From an uncultured Bacilli bacterium (GTDB taxonomy: Bacteria; Bacillota_I; Bacilli_A; RF39; UBA660), in assembly GCA_944372545.1 (NCBI GenBank), contig CALVZO010000002.1, positions 4,538 through 68,537 on the forward strand: DNA of 64,000 bases. Reading direction: 5' to 3'. Position numbers and translations under genes: made by a program. Positions 19,740-29,036 of the stretch are shown here, one piece after another (position 1 is the stretch's first letter; each line of letters starts with the position of its first letter). The notes under the pieces are model-generated. The model saw only the letters and a list, made by a program, of their open reading frames with translations. It was not told the DNA's origin and did no database searches.

Positions 19740-21044
19740 ATGTTTGAATATATGGGTGATAGAATCAGTAGTGCTATTAAAAATATAAGAGGTATGGGAA
19801 AAATTACGGAAAGTAATATTAATGAAGCCATGCGAGAAATTAGACTTGCTCTACTTGAAGCCGATGTTAACTATAGTGTTGTTAAAGAATTTACTAGTAA
19901 AGTTAAAGAGAAGGCTTTAGGCCAAAATGTGGAAAATAGTTTAAAGCCAGATGAATTATTTATTAAAATTGTTAAAGATGAATTAGTTGAATTATTAGGG
20001 CGTGAATATGTACCAATATCTACTAAAAATAATTTTGAAGTTATTATGCTTTGCGGACTTCAAGGTAGTGGTAAAACAACAACTGCGGGAAAACTTGCTA
20101 ATATGTTAAGAAAAAAATACAATAGAAAACCTCTTTTAGTAGCGGGAGATATTTATAGACCTGCTGCAATAGAGCAATTAAAACAAATTGGCTCTTCTTT
20201 AAATATTCCGGTTTTTAGTGAAGATAAAAAAGTTTTAGAAATTGTTACTGATGCCATAAATTATGCTAAAGAAGAAAAATTAGATTATGTTATTATCGAT
20301 ACTGCTGGGCGACTTCAAATTGATGAAGTTTTAATGGAAGAATTAAAAGAAATCGAGAAAAATGTTAATTTAAGTGAAGTTATTTTAGTAATTGATGCCA
20401 TGATGGGACAAGATGCAATAAATGTTATTAATGGATTTAATGATTCTTTAAATGTAACTGGGTGTATTTTAACAAAAATGGACGGTGATACAAAAGGTGG
20501 GGTAGCACTATCTTTAAGACATTTAACAAATATTCCAATTAAATTTTTAGGAACATCTGAGAAAATGGACGGCTTAAATGAATTTTATCCAGAGAGAATG
20601 GCGAAAAGGATTCTCGATATGGGAGATATTTTATCAATTGCGGAAAAAGTTGAAGATGTAATTAGTGAAGATGATGCGAAAAAACAAGCCGAAAAAATGA
20701 AAAAAGGGACATTTGATTTAGAAGATTTCTTACAAACTTTTAAACAAATAAAAAAATTAGGCCCCCTAGAAAATATTTTGAAAATGTTACCTGGTGCAAG
20801 AAATATGGGGATTAATAATATAAATATTGATCCTAAAGATATGGCTCATATTGAAGCAATAATTTTATCTATGACTCCATATGAAAGAAGACACCCAGAG
20901 ATTTTAAAAGCAAGTAGAAAACAAAGAATTGCTAAAGGTAGTGGAAGAAGTGTTGAAGAAGTAAACAGATTACTTAAACAATTTGACACTATGAAAGAAT
21001 TAATGAAACAAATGAATAGTGGTAAATTTAAAATGCCATTTTAA
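19740..21044 (+). CDS. ffh: Signal recognition particle protein Ffh
   Basis: GLQGSGKTTT, DTAGR, TKMDGD, and a Met-rich C-terminal M domain. Confidence 0.95.
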   Translation: MFEYMGDRISSAIKNIRGMGKITESNINEAMREIRLALLEADVNYSVVKEFTSKVKEKALGQNVENSLKPDELFIKIVKDELVELLGREYVPISTKNNFEVIMLCGLQGSGKTTTAGKLANMLRKKYNRKPLLVAGDIYRPAAIEQLKQIGSSLNIPVFSEDKKVLEIVTDAINYAKEEKLDYVIIDTAGRLQIDEVLMEELKEIEKNVNLSEVILVIDAMMGQDAINVINGFNDSLNVTGCILTKMDGDTKGGVALSLRHLTNIPIKFLGTSEKMDGLNEFYPERMAKRILDMGDILSIAEKVEDVISEDDAKKQAEKMKKGTFDLEDFLQTFKQIKKLGPLENILKMLPGARNMGINNINIDPKDMAHIEAIILSMTPYERRHPEILKASRKQRIAKGSGRSVEEVNRLLKQFDTMKELMKQMNSGKFKMPF

Positions 21045-21204
21045 TTAAATTAATGTTCCTTTTTAAATGAAAAATATAAAAAAATCATTTAGAAAGGAAC
21101 ATTTCTTATATAATAGGTTTACACTTAGTAAATTTTTTTTGACATACTTTACTATATATATGATATAATTTTCTAAAGCAATAAATTTAGAAAGGTAGTA
21201 TTTT

Positions 21205-21345
21205 GTTGCTAGCGCATGGACCAGTTTGGTTGACGAGGTTGATAGTTATCGATTTATCAGCGGGTGCTATCACGGATTAATAATTCGTTAGATATACTTT
21301 AAAAAACAAAATCAATATTGTAACAAAGGGTATATCAATATTTAC
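21205..21345 (+). ncRNA. glmS ribozyme (GlcN6P-dependent self-cleaving leader)
   Basis: agcgcatggacc...gttgacgaggttgatagttatcgatttatcagcgggtgctatcacgg parallels the B. subtilis core AGCGCC...GUUGACGAGG..GGUUAUCGAAUUUUCGGCGGAUGCC. Sits directly upstream of glmS. Confidence 0.85.
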
Positions 21346-21360
21346 AAAGGAGAATTTTTT

Positions 21361-23127
21361 ATGTGTGGAATTGTTGGCTACGTAGGTAAAGAAAAAGCCT
21401 TACCGCGTATTTTAAGTGGCCTTAAATTTTTAGAATATAGGGGTTATGATTCAGCCGGAGTGGCTTATATATTAAATGAAAAAGTTAATATTACTAAAAG
21501 AGTAGGAAGAATAAAAGAATTAGAAAGTAGTGTTGACTATAACTTAGATACATATATTGGTATTGGTCATACAAGATGGGCAACTCATGGAGTCCCAAGT
21601 GAAATAAATTCACACCCTCATCAAGTAGGTAAATTTACTGTTGTTCATAATGGTATTATTGAAAATTATTTAGAAATTAAAGAAAAATTAATTAAAGAAG
21701 GTGTTAATTTTATATCAGAAACTGATACAGAAGTAATTCCGGCTTTACTAGATTATAATTATAAAAAAGAAAAAGATATATTAAAAACTATAAAGAAAAC
21801 TTTATCTAGTTTAGAAGGAAGTTATGCCTTAGGAATAATTTGTAGTGATGATTTAGATAACATATATGCAGCAAGATGTGGAAGTCCGCTAATTATTGCC
21901 AAAGAAGATAATGGTAATTTTATTGCTAGTGATGTTCCTGCCATACTTAGTTATACTAATAAATACATTTTATTAGAAGAAGGTGAAATTGCTAAAATAA
22001 GTAAAGATAATATCTCTGTATATGATAATGAATTAAATAAAATTATTCCGAAAGAAAATATATTTGAAGGAACAGAAGATGCAGCCATGTTAAATGGTTA
22101 TGAACATTATATGTTAAAAGAAATTCATGAAGAAGAAAAAGTTTATTTAGATACTTTAAATTATTATGTCGAAAATAATAAATTTAAAAATACAATGTTA
22201 GAATTTAAAGATTATAAACATATTCATATAGTGGCTTGTGGAAGTGCTTATTATGTTGGTAATATTGGTAAAAGTTTAATTGAAGAATACGCTAATATTC
22301 CAGTAGATGTAGAAGTTGCAAGTGAATACAGATATAAGAAAAATTTCTATGATAAAGATACTTTAGTTATAATTATTAGTCAGTCTGGAGAAACTGCCGA
22401 TAGTCTTGCGGCTTTAAGAAAAGCCAAAGAAGATGGTATTGATACTTTAGCAATTGTAAATGTTTTTGGTTCTTCCATAGCAAGAGAGGCTTTATATACT
22501 TTATATGTTAAAGCCGGTCCAGAAATTGCCGTAGCAACTACAAAAGCCTTTTTAGCCCAAACAACTCTTTTAACATTACTTGCAGTTAGACTTTCGAAAA
22601 AAGAAGAATTATTAAAAGAATTTGTGGGATTAGAAAAGAGTATTAATGAATTATTAAATAAAGATTATTTAGAATATGCTAAATATATTTATAAACACAA
22701 TGATACTTTCTTTATTGGTCGTTTAGTAGATTATGCTTTATGTTTAGAAGGAAGTCTAAAATTAAAAGAAACTTCTTATATTAATTCAGTAGCATTTCAA
22801 GCCGGAGAATTAAAACATGGTACTATTTCTTTAATTACAGATGGTACTCCAGTTATAAGTATTTGTACTGATGATTTAGTTCGTAGTAAAACAATTAGTA
22901 ATATTAAAGAAGTTAAGGCTAGAAATGCCTATGTAATTTTTATAACTAATGAATTTATAGAATCTGACTTCTATGATAAAATTATTGTTATACCAAAAGT
23001 ATCAAAATTAGTTAGTCCAATTATAAGTGTTATACCTCTTCAATTAATAAGTTATGAAGTTGCTAAATTAAGAGGTTGTGATATTGATAAACCTAGAAAT
23101 TTAGCCAAAAGTGTAACAGTCGAATAA
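21361..23127 (+). CDS. glmS: Glutamine--fructose-6-phosphate aminotransferase
   Basis: N-terminal MCGIVGY (catalytic Cys2), SIS domains and C-terminal KSVTVE. Confidence 0.96.
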   Translation: MCGIVGYVGKEKALPRILSGLKFLEYRGYDSAGVAYILNEKVNITKRVGRIKELESSVDYNLDTYIGIGHTRWATHGVPSEINSHPHQVGKFTVVHNGIIENYLEIKEKLIKEGVNFISETDTEVIPALLDYNYKKEKDILKTIKKTLSSLEGSYALGIICSDDLDNIYAARCGSPLIIAKEDNGNFIASDVPAILSYTNKYILLEEGEIAKISKDNISVYDNELNKIIPKENIFEGTEDAAMLNGYEHYMLKEIHEEEKVYLDTLNYYVENNKFKNTMLEFKDYKHIHIVACGSAYYVGNIGKSLIEEYANIPVDVEVASEYRYKKNFYDKDTLVIIISQSGETADSLAALRKAKEDGIDTLAIVNVFGSSIAREALYTLYVKAGPEIAVATTKAFLAQTTLLTLLAVRLSKKEELLKEFVGLEKSINELLNKDYLEYAKYIYKHNDTFFIGRLVDYALCLEGSLKLKETSYINSVAFQAGELKHGTISLITDGTPVISICTDDLVRSKTISNIKEVKARNAYVIFITNEFIESDFYDKIIVIPKVSKLVSPIISVIPLQLISYEVAKLRGCDIDKPRNLAKSVTVE

Positions 23128-23146
23128 GTCCTTAATGGACTTTTTC
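23126..23146 (+). terminator. glmS terminator
   Basis: aagtcc-ttaat-ggactt followed by a T-run. Confidence 0.65.
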
Positions 23147-23499
23147 TTATGAAATAATTTTTTATACTTTCTGTAGAGGTATTTATTGTGAATATAATAT
23201 AAAGTTTTACACTATCTTCAACCTAATCATATAGTATTTTAATCAAATTTATGGTATCATGAATATGTCAAGAGAAATTGGCATAAAATAAAAAAGGGAG
23301 CATTCAGTTTTGTTTCGTTGAATGTCTACCAAAAATTAGTGGTGACATTTAAGTCACTTAGACTTAAGTGTTATTTTTTTTGCCCTTTACATACTCCCAA
23401 TTTTTTATCATATCTATTCCATTTAAATATTTAAGCGAATATTATTTCATTATTTGCAAAACCCTTAAATTTAATATATAATTTAGTTGGTGATTATTT

Positions 23500-24087
23500 A
23501 TGCAAATTGATAAGGTAAATGAGCCGATTATTGCGATAAGAATTAGTCAATACCCAAGTGATGAAAAGTGTGAGTTTTTATTACTCGGAAGAAGTAATGT
23601 GGGAAAAAGCAGTTTTATCAACACTTTAATTGAAAGAAAAAACTTTGCCCGTACATCTTCAAAACCAGGAAAAACCCAAACACTAAATTTTTATCAAGTA
23701 AATGATACTTTTTATTTAGTTGATGTCCCAGGGTATGGCTATGCTAGTGTATCAAAAGATATGCAAAAAAAGTTTGGTATCATGATAGAAGAATATATTA
23801 AATCAAGAGAGAATTTAAAACATGTTTTTTTACTTGTTGATTATCGCCATAAACCAACAGATGATGACATACTAATGTATAATTTCTTAAAGTATTACAA
23901 TTTAAATATAACAATAGTAGCAACCAAGTATGATAAGATTACAAAAAATGGTCGAGTTAAGCAAGATAAATTAATCAAAGATGCTTTAAAATTAGAAGGA
24001 GAAAATAGTTTTATACCATTTTCGACTGTTACTAAAAAAGGCCGTTTAGAAATATTAGAAATTATTAATAGTTATTTAGAAAAATAG
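23500..24087 (+). CDS. engB: Ribosome biogenesis GTPase EngB/YsxC
   Basis: G1 GRSNVGKSS, DVPGYGY and TKYDK, ~195 aa. Confidence 0.9.
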   Translation: MQIDKVNEPIIAIRISQYPSDEKCEFLLLGRSNVGKSSFINTLIERKNFARTSSKPGKTQTLNFYQVNDTFYLVDVPGYGYASVSKDMQKKFGIMIEEYIKSRENLKHVFLLVDYRHKPTDDDILMYNFLKYYNLNITIVATKYDKITKNGRVKQDKLIKDALKLEGENSFIPFSTVTKKGRLEILEIINSYLEK

Positions 24088-24099
24088 GAAGGAAATATT

Positions 24100-24540
24100 A
24101 TGAAGAATAGAAATGGGTTTACTTTAGTAGAGTTATTAATAGTTATTGTTATCTTAGGCATTATTGTAACAATAGCAGTTCCATCAATTGCCGGTATTAC
24201 AAATATGATTAATCAAAACATGTTAGAGAAAAAAGCCGAGATTATAGAAGAAGCCGCGACTCTTTTAGGCCAAGATATAAAGGGTTCAATAATGGCAAGT
24301 AATCTTACATATAATGGTAGTCCTTGTCGAAATTTTATAGTTAGTGATTTAGTACCAACTTATTTAGATAAAGATAACGATAATACTTGTTTAAATAGTG
24401 AATCTACTAGTGAAATTGGTTGTATTGTAAATCCAGCCGATAGTAATAAATATATGGATCAAATGAAAGTTATAATATATTATAAAAATAAAAGAATACA
24501 TGCTAAAGTAGATATAAATAATGAACTTAGTTGTAGTTAG
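24100..24540 (+). CDS. Prepilin-type (type IV pilin / pseudopilin-like) protein
   Basis: Class III signal MKNRNG|FTLVELLIVIVILGII with Glu at +5. Two Cys pairs in the C-terminal half. Confidence 0.8.
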   Translation: MKNRNGFTLVELLIVIVILGIIVTIAVPSIAGITNMINQNMLEKKAEIIEEAATLLGQDIKGSIMASNLTYNGSPCRNFIVSDLVPTYLDKDNDNTCLNSESTSEIGCIVNPADSNKYMDQMKVIIYYKNKRIHAKVDINNELSCS

Positions 24541-24549
24541 GGGGTAATT

Positions 24550-25854
24550 ATGAAAACAGTTTGTTTAATTGGCAAACCAAATGTTGGAAAAAGTAGTATT
24601 TTTAACAGATTAATTAAAGAAAAGAAATCAATTATTTTAAGTGAGCCAGGTATTACTAGAGATAGAGTATATGGAATAGTTAAATATAAGAATAAAGAAT
24701 TTAGTTTAATAGATACTGGGGGAATACATGGTAATGAAGATAATTTTAATAAAGATATTTTAATGCAAGCAACACTTGCAATAGAAGAAGCAGATATTAT
24801 TTTATTTGTAGTAGATGGACTTACTGATGTATCAAGTGAAGATAAAAAAATAAGAGATATGTTAAAGAAGACTAATAAAGAAGTAATAGTATTAGTTAAT
24901 AAAATAGATAATGATAAAAGAGTTAATAATATATATGCTTATTATGAATTAGGATTTAATAAAGTAATGGGAGTATCTGCAGAACATAATTTAGGTTTTA
25001 AAGAATTATTAGAGTATTTAACAAAAGATATAGAAGAATTAGATAGTAGGGAAGATAATATTTTAAAATTTTGTTTTATTGGAAGACCTAATGTTGGTAA
25101 GAGTTCTTTAATTAATGCCTTATTAAATGAAGAAAGAGTAATAGTTAGTGATGTATCTGGAACTACTAGAGATGCTGTAGATACTTTATTTAAGTATGAT
25201 GGTAAAGAATATATAGTAGTAGATACAGCCGGTATGAGAAAAAAAGGGCGTATTTATGAAAGTGTTGAGAGATATAGTTTATTAAGAAGTTTAAAAGCAA
25301 TTAATGAAAGTGATGTTTGTGTTCTTGTTATTGATGGGGAAGTTGGTATTATAGAACATGATAAACATATATTATCTTATGCCCTAGAGAGTGGGAAAGG
25401 AATAGTTATTGCTGTTAATAAATGGGACACTATGAAAAATCCAAATGAAGATATTAAAAGATGGAAAATGGAATTAGAAGTTTATTTTAAATTTGTTCCT
25501 TTTATTAATTTTGTCTTTGTATCTGCAAAAACTAAGAAAAGAATACATACATTAATGCCAGAAATATTAAAGGCCTATGAAAATAATCAAAAAGTAATTA
25601 AGACTAGTTTACTTAATGATGTTATTACAGATGCTGTTAATATGCATGAGCCACCTTCTTATAAGGGTAAGAGATTAAAGATATATTTTGTTAGTCAAAC
25701 TGGTAGTAGACCTCCTAAATTTACATTTAATGTCAATAATAAAAAATTAATTCATTTTAGTTATGAAAGATATTTAGAAAATAAATTAAGAGAGGCTTTC
25801 GACTTAGTGGGAACACCAATTATCTTACAATTTAAAAATAAGAGTGATAATTAA
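24550..25854 (+). CDS. der: Ribosome-associated GTPase Der/EngA
   Basis: Two tandem GTPase domains (GKPNVGKSS and GRPNVGKSS) plus a KH-like C-terminus. Confidence 0.95.
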   Translation: MKTVCLIGKPNVGKSSIFNRLIKEKKSIILSEPGITRDRVYGIVKYKNKEFSLIDTGGIHGNEDNFNKDILMQATLAIEEADIILFVVDGLTDVSSEDKKIRDMLKKTNKEVIVLVNKIDNDKRVNNIYAYYELGFNKVMGVSAEHNLGFKELLEYLTKDIEELDSREDNILKFCFIGRPNVGKSSLINALLNEERVIVSDVSGTTRDAVDTLFKYDGKEYIVVDTAGMRKKGRIYESVERYSLLRSLKAINESDVCVLVIDGEVGIIEHDKHILSYALESGKGIVIAVNKWDTMKNPNEDIKRWKMELEVYFKFVPFINFVFVSAKTKKRIHTLMPEILKAYENNQKVIKTSLLNDVITDAVNMHEPPSYKGKRLKIYFVSQTGSRPPKFTFNVNNKKLIHFSYERYLENKLREAFDLVGTPIILQFKNKSDN

Positions 25855-25933
25855 AATTACTTTTATTTTTTTTATAATTTTTTTTAATTTGTCAAAATAT
25901 AAAAAAAATATCACAAAATCTTCATAAAATATA

Positions 25934-25962
25934 TTGACACCTTTCTTATAATTTTGTAAAAT
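25934..25962 (+). promoter_or_regulatory. Near-consensus sigma-A promoter of the 26020 gene
   Basis: TTGACA (25934..25939), 17-nt spacer ending in TG, TAAAAT (25957..25962). Confidence 0.6.
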
Positions 25963-26019
25963 TATTTTAGAAATATAGAAGATAGTATTTCGGAATGTGT
26001 AATTGAGAGGAGGGAAATA

Positions 26020-26652
26020 ATGGATAAGAAGAACACAATGTTATTAACAGTTATCGCTGTTGCTACATTATTAGTTGCTGTAGTTGGTGCTACATTTGCA
26101 TACTTCACTGCAAGTAATACAAATAGTACAACTAATACAACTACAACAGTTACTACTGAACAAGTTGGTGCTGTTACATTAGCAGGTGGTAAAACTTTAT
26201 ATCTTGCTTTAAGTGCTGCTGATATGGCTCAAACTGCTGCAAATACAACATATTATTCATCTGATACTGCATCAAGTCGTAACACTTCAGCAACACCATA
26301 TGACATTGCTACTGCAAATGTTTCTGGTGGTGCTAGTGGAACTGCTTACAATTGTACATTTACTTTAACTGCTACAATTGATGGTGATATGGCTGCTTTA
26401 CTTTCTGCTGACGATGCTAAATTAGTATTAAGCGGAGCAACAACTCAAACTTTAGACCTTGCTACAGATTTTTCTGATAATACTTGGTCTACAGAAGTTA
26501 CTATGAGTGGTTTAACTAGCAAAGCATCTCAAAAAGTTTCTGGTTATGTATCATTTACTAACAGAAATGCTAACCAAGATACTTTACAAAACAAAACTTT
26601 AACAGTTACACTTGCAAGTACTGACTTTAATTGTACAGTTGCTGGTGCATAG
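26020..26652 (+). CDS. Secreted Thr/Ala/Ser-rich protein with a SipW-dependent-type signal peptide (TasA/camelysin-like N-terminus)
   Basis: N-terminus KKNTMLLTVIAVATLLVAVVGATFAYFTAS fits the ..G(G/A)TFAYF(S/T)D SipW-cognate signal pattern. Strong RBS GAGAGGAGGG. Codon usage is biased toward gct/act/ggt/gtt. Confidence 0.6.
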   Translation: MDKKNTMLLTVIAVATLLVAVVGATFAYFTASNTNSTTNTTTTVTTEQVGAVTLAGGKTLYLALSAADMAQTAANTTYYSSDTASSRNTSATPYDIATANVSGGASGTAYNCTFTLTATIDGDMAALLSADDAKLVLSGATTQTLDLATDFSDNTWSTEVTMSGLTSKASQKVSGYVSFTNRNANQDTLQNKTLTVTLASTDFNCTVAGA

Positions 26653-26693
26653 TAGTATCTAGTCCATTATTTGAGACTTAGTTCTCACTTAAA

Positions 26694-26721
26694 AAGAAGA
26701 AGTATTATCTTCTTTTTTTTG
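26694..26721 (+). terminator. Terminator after the 26020 gene
   Basis: aagaaga-agtatta-tcttctt followed by T7. Confidence 0.65.
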
Positions 26722-26868
26722 TTATGGAATATATTGCACCTTCAATATATAAATAACTTGAAATAAATATAATATTATTTATGAATTTGCAAAAAATATT
26801 CAAATATAGCAAAAATAATGTTGATTTTATTGTATATTAGTAAATAATATTGGTAGGAGTTGAGGAAA

Positions 26869-28068
26869 ATGCTTATAGAGTTTAGTGTTAAAAATTTTTT
26901 ATCATTTAAAAATAAAGTAACCTTATCAATGGAAAAAGGTAGTGGGGAAGAAAATTTAGATAATATAGTATCTAATAATAATCTGAAATTACTTAAAATA
27001 GCGGCAATTTATGGTGCCAATGCGTCTGGTAAATCAAATATAATAAGGGCTTTAACTAGTGCTATTTTAATGGTAAGAAATTCTAGTTTTATTCCTATTG
27101 GGGTTAAATGGGATTTTATAAAGCCATTTTTATTTGATAAAGATAGTAAGAATAAACCTAGTGAATTTGAATTTATTTTTATTACTAATAATATTAAATA
27201 TCGTTATTATTTTAGTGCTGATGAAAGTAAAATATATTCAGAAGTTTTAGATGCTTATTATAGTCAAAAACCTACTAATATTTTTAGAAGAACAGATACA
27301 AATGTTTATGAATTTAATAATGATAAAAATAAAATAGAAGCACTTTCTTTAAATAATACTGATAATAAATTATTTTTAGCGACTGCTACTACATGGAATT
27401 ATGACAAAACAAAAGATGCTTATTTATGGTTTGTTAATTCCATAGATACATTTAATTCTTTTGATAATATAAATGATAAAGATTTATTAGGGCTTGTAAG
27501 TGGGGAAAATAATTTAAAAGAATTTACTTTGAAATTATTAAAAGAAGCCGATATACTTATTAAAGATATAAGTGTAGATTATGAAGAGAAAGAAATGGTT
27601 AAATTAGAACATGAAGTTTTAGATAAAAATAATAATAAATCGACTTATAAATTAAATTTTATTGAAGAGTCATCTGGAACCAAAGTGTTATTTACTTTTG
27701 CCCCATTTTTAAAGAAGGCTTTTGAAACAACTAAAGTTATAGTGGTAGATGAATTAGAAAAAAGTTTACACCTAACTTTAGTAGAATTTATAGTTAAATT
27801 ATTTAATAATAAAGAAATTAATAAAGCAAATAGTCAATTAATATTTACAACTCATGATACTAATTTATTAAATTTAGAATTATTAAGAAGAGATCAAATA
27901 TGGTTTGTAGAAAAAGATTTTAAAAATGGAATTTCTGATTTATATTCACTTGATTCTTTTTCTGTTAGAAAAAATGAAAATATTCAAAAAGGTTATTTAA
28001 ATGGCCGTTATGGAGCAATACCATTTATTAGAGATATAGAAGACAACATGTTTAATAATTTAAAATAA
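26869..28068 (+). CDS. AAA_21/COG1106-like ATPase (abortive-infection/defence-associated ATPase family)
   Basis: N-terminus IEFSVKNFLSFK, Walker A GANASGKSN, Walker B VVVDELEKSLH, FTTHD and C-terminal GRYGAIPF. Start set at the ATG at 26869 behind GGTAGGAG. Confidence 0.7.
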   Translation: MLIEFSVKNFLSFKNKVTLSMEKGSGEENLDNIVSNNNLKLLKIAAIYGANASGKSNIIRALTSAILMVRNSSFIPIGVKWDFIKPFLFDKDSKNKPSEFEFIFITNNIKYRYYFSADESKIYSEVLDAYYSQKPTNIFRRTDTNVYEFNNDKNKIEALSLNNTDNKLFLATATTWNYDKTKDAYLWFVNSIDTFNSFDNINDKDLLGLVSGENNLKEFTLKLLKEADILIKDISVDYEEKEMVKLEHEVLDKNNNKSTYKLNFIEESSGTKVLFTFAPFLKKAFETTKVIVVDELEKSLHLTLVEFIVKLFNNKEINKANSQLIFTTHDTNLLNLELLRRDQIWFVEKDFKNGISDLYSLDSFSVRKNENIQKGYLNGRYGAIPFIRDIEDNMFNNLK

Positions 28069-28170
28069 AATAAAACTCTATCAATAATAGAATTTTTAAA
28101 ACATAGCCTAGTGTATTTACCTATACAATAATTTATAAAAAACATTTAATATACTAGGGTGTTATGTTTA

Positions 28171-28965
28171 ATGTTTAATTGGTATTTAGAATTATCTATT
28201 TATTCACAAGTAATAATTGCTTCCTTATTTACATGGGGTATTACTTCTTTAGGGGCATCAATAGTTTTCTTTTTTAAAAAAGTTAATCAAAATATATTAG
28301 ATGCTATGCTCGGATTATCTGGAGGAGTTATGATAGCGGCATCATTTTTTTCTCTTTTAAATCCAGCGATAGAAGGAGCCACTAATTTAGGTATGATACC
28401 TTGGGTAGTTGTTTCCATTGGCTTTTTATGTGGTGGTTTATTTCTAATATTAGGAGATAGTTTATTTTCTAAAATTCTTAATAAAAGACAAGTAAATAAT
28501 GTAAGTAGTATTAAAAGAAGTTTAATGTTAATATTTTCCATAACTATGCATAATATTCCAGAAGGTTTGGCTATTGGAGTAGCGTTTGGGTCAATAAGTA
28601 GTGGTGGTAGTACTCTTATGGGAGCACTTATGTTAGCAATAGGTATAGGTATTCAAAATTTTCCTGAAGGTTGTGCAGTTAGTCTTCCTTTAAGAAGAGA
28701 AAAAATTAGTCGGAAAAAATCATTTTTCCTTGGTGTATTAAGTGGTATAGTTGAACCAATATCGGCTTTAGTAGGTTGTATTTTAGTAATGTATGTGGAA
28801 AAAATATTACCATTTTTACTAGCCTTTGCGGCCGGTTGTATGATATATGTTGTAGTTAGTGAATTAATACCAGAAAGTCAAAATAATAAATATAAAAGAT
28901 TAATGTCTTTATTTACTATAATTGGTTTTGTAATAATGATGTTATTAGATATTAGTTTAGGTTAA
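28171..28965 (+). CDS. ZIP family metal (zinc) transporter, ZupT/GufA-like
   Basis: Multi-TM protein with HNIPEGLA and QNFPEG motifs typical of ZIP transporters. The GTG at 28159 is an alternative start. Confidence 0.8.
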   Translation: MFNWYLELSIYSQVIIASLFTWGITSLGASIVFFFKKVNQNILDAMLGLSGGVMIAASFFSLLNPAIEGATNLGMIPWVVVSIGFLCGGLFLILGDSLFSKILNKRQVNNVSSIKRSLMLIFSITMHNIPEGLAIGVAFGSISSGGSTLMGALMLAIGIGIQNFPEGCAVSLPLRREKISRKKSFFLGVLSGIVEPISALVGCILVMYVEKILPFLLAFAAGCMIYVVVSELIPESQNNKYKRLMSLFTIIGFVIMMLLDISLG

Positions 28966-29036
28966 TTCCAAGTTCTTTGGAATTTTTTTATTGTAATAAA
29001 TACTTAAATAAGATAAAATTATAATAGGTGAACGTA

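Noticed and set aside
21051-21104. Long hairpin after ffh (aatgttccttt ... aaaggaacatt with an inner taaatga/tcattta stem), considered as a possible structured RNA.
   Set aside because: It is adequately explained as the ffh transcription terminator. No further conserved motif was recognised.
23296-23343. A hairpin followed by an A-rich tail (ctaccaaaaattag) resembles a preQ1-I riboswitch.
   Set aside because: The loop and tail do not match the conserved preQ1-I nucleotides, and the downstream gene (engB) is unrelated to queuosine. It is kept only as part of the generic sRNA candidate.
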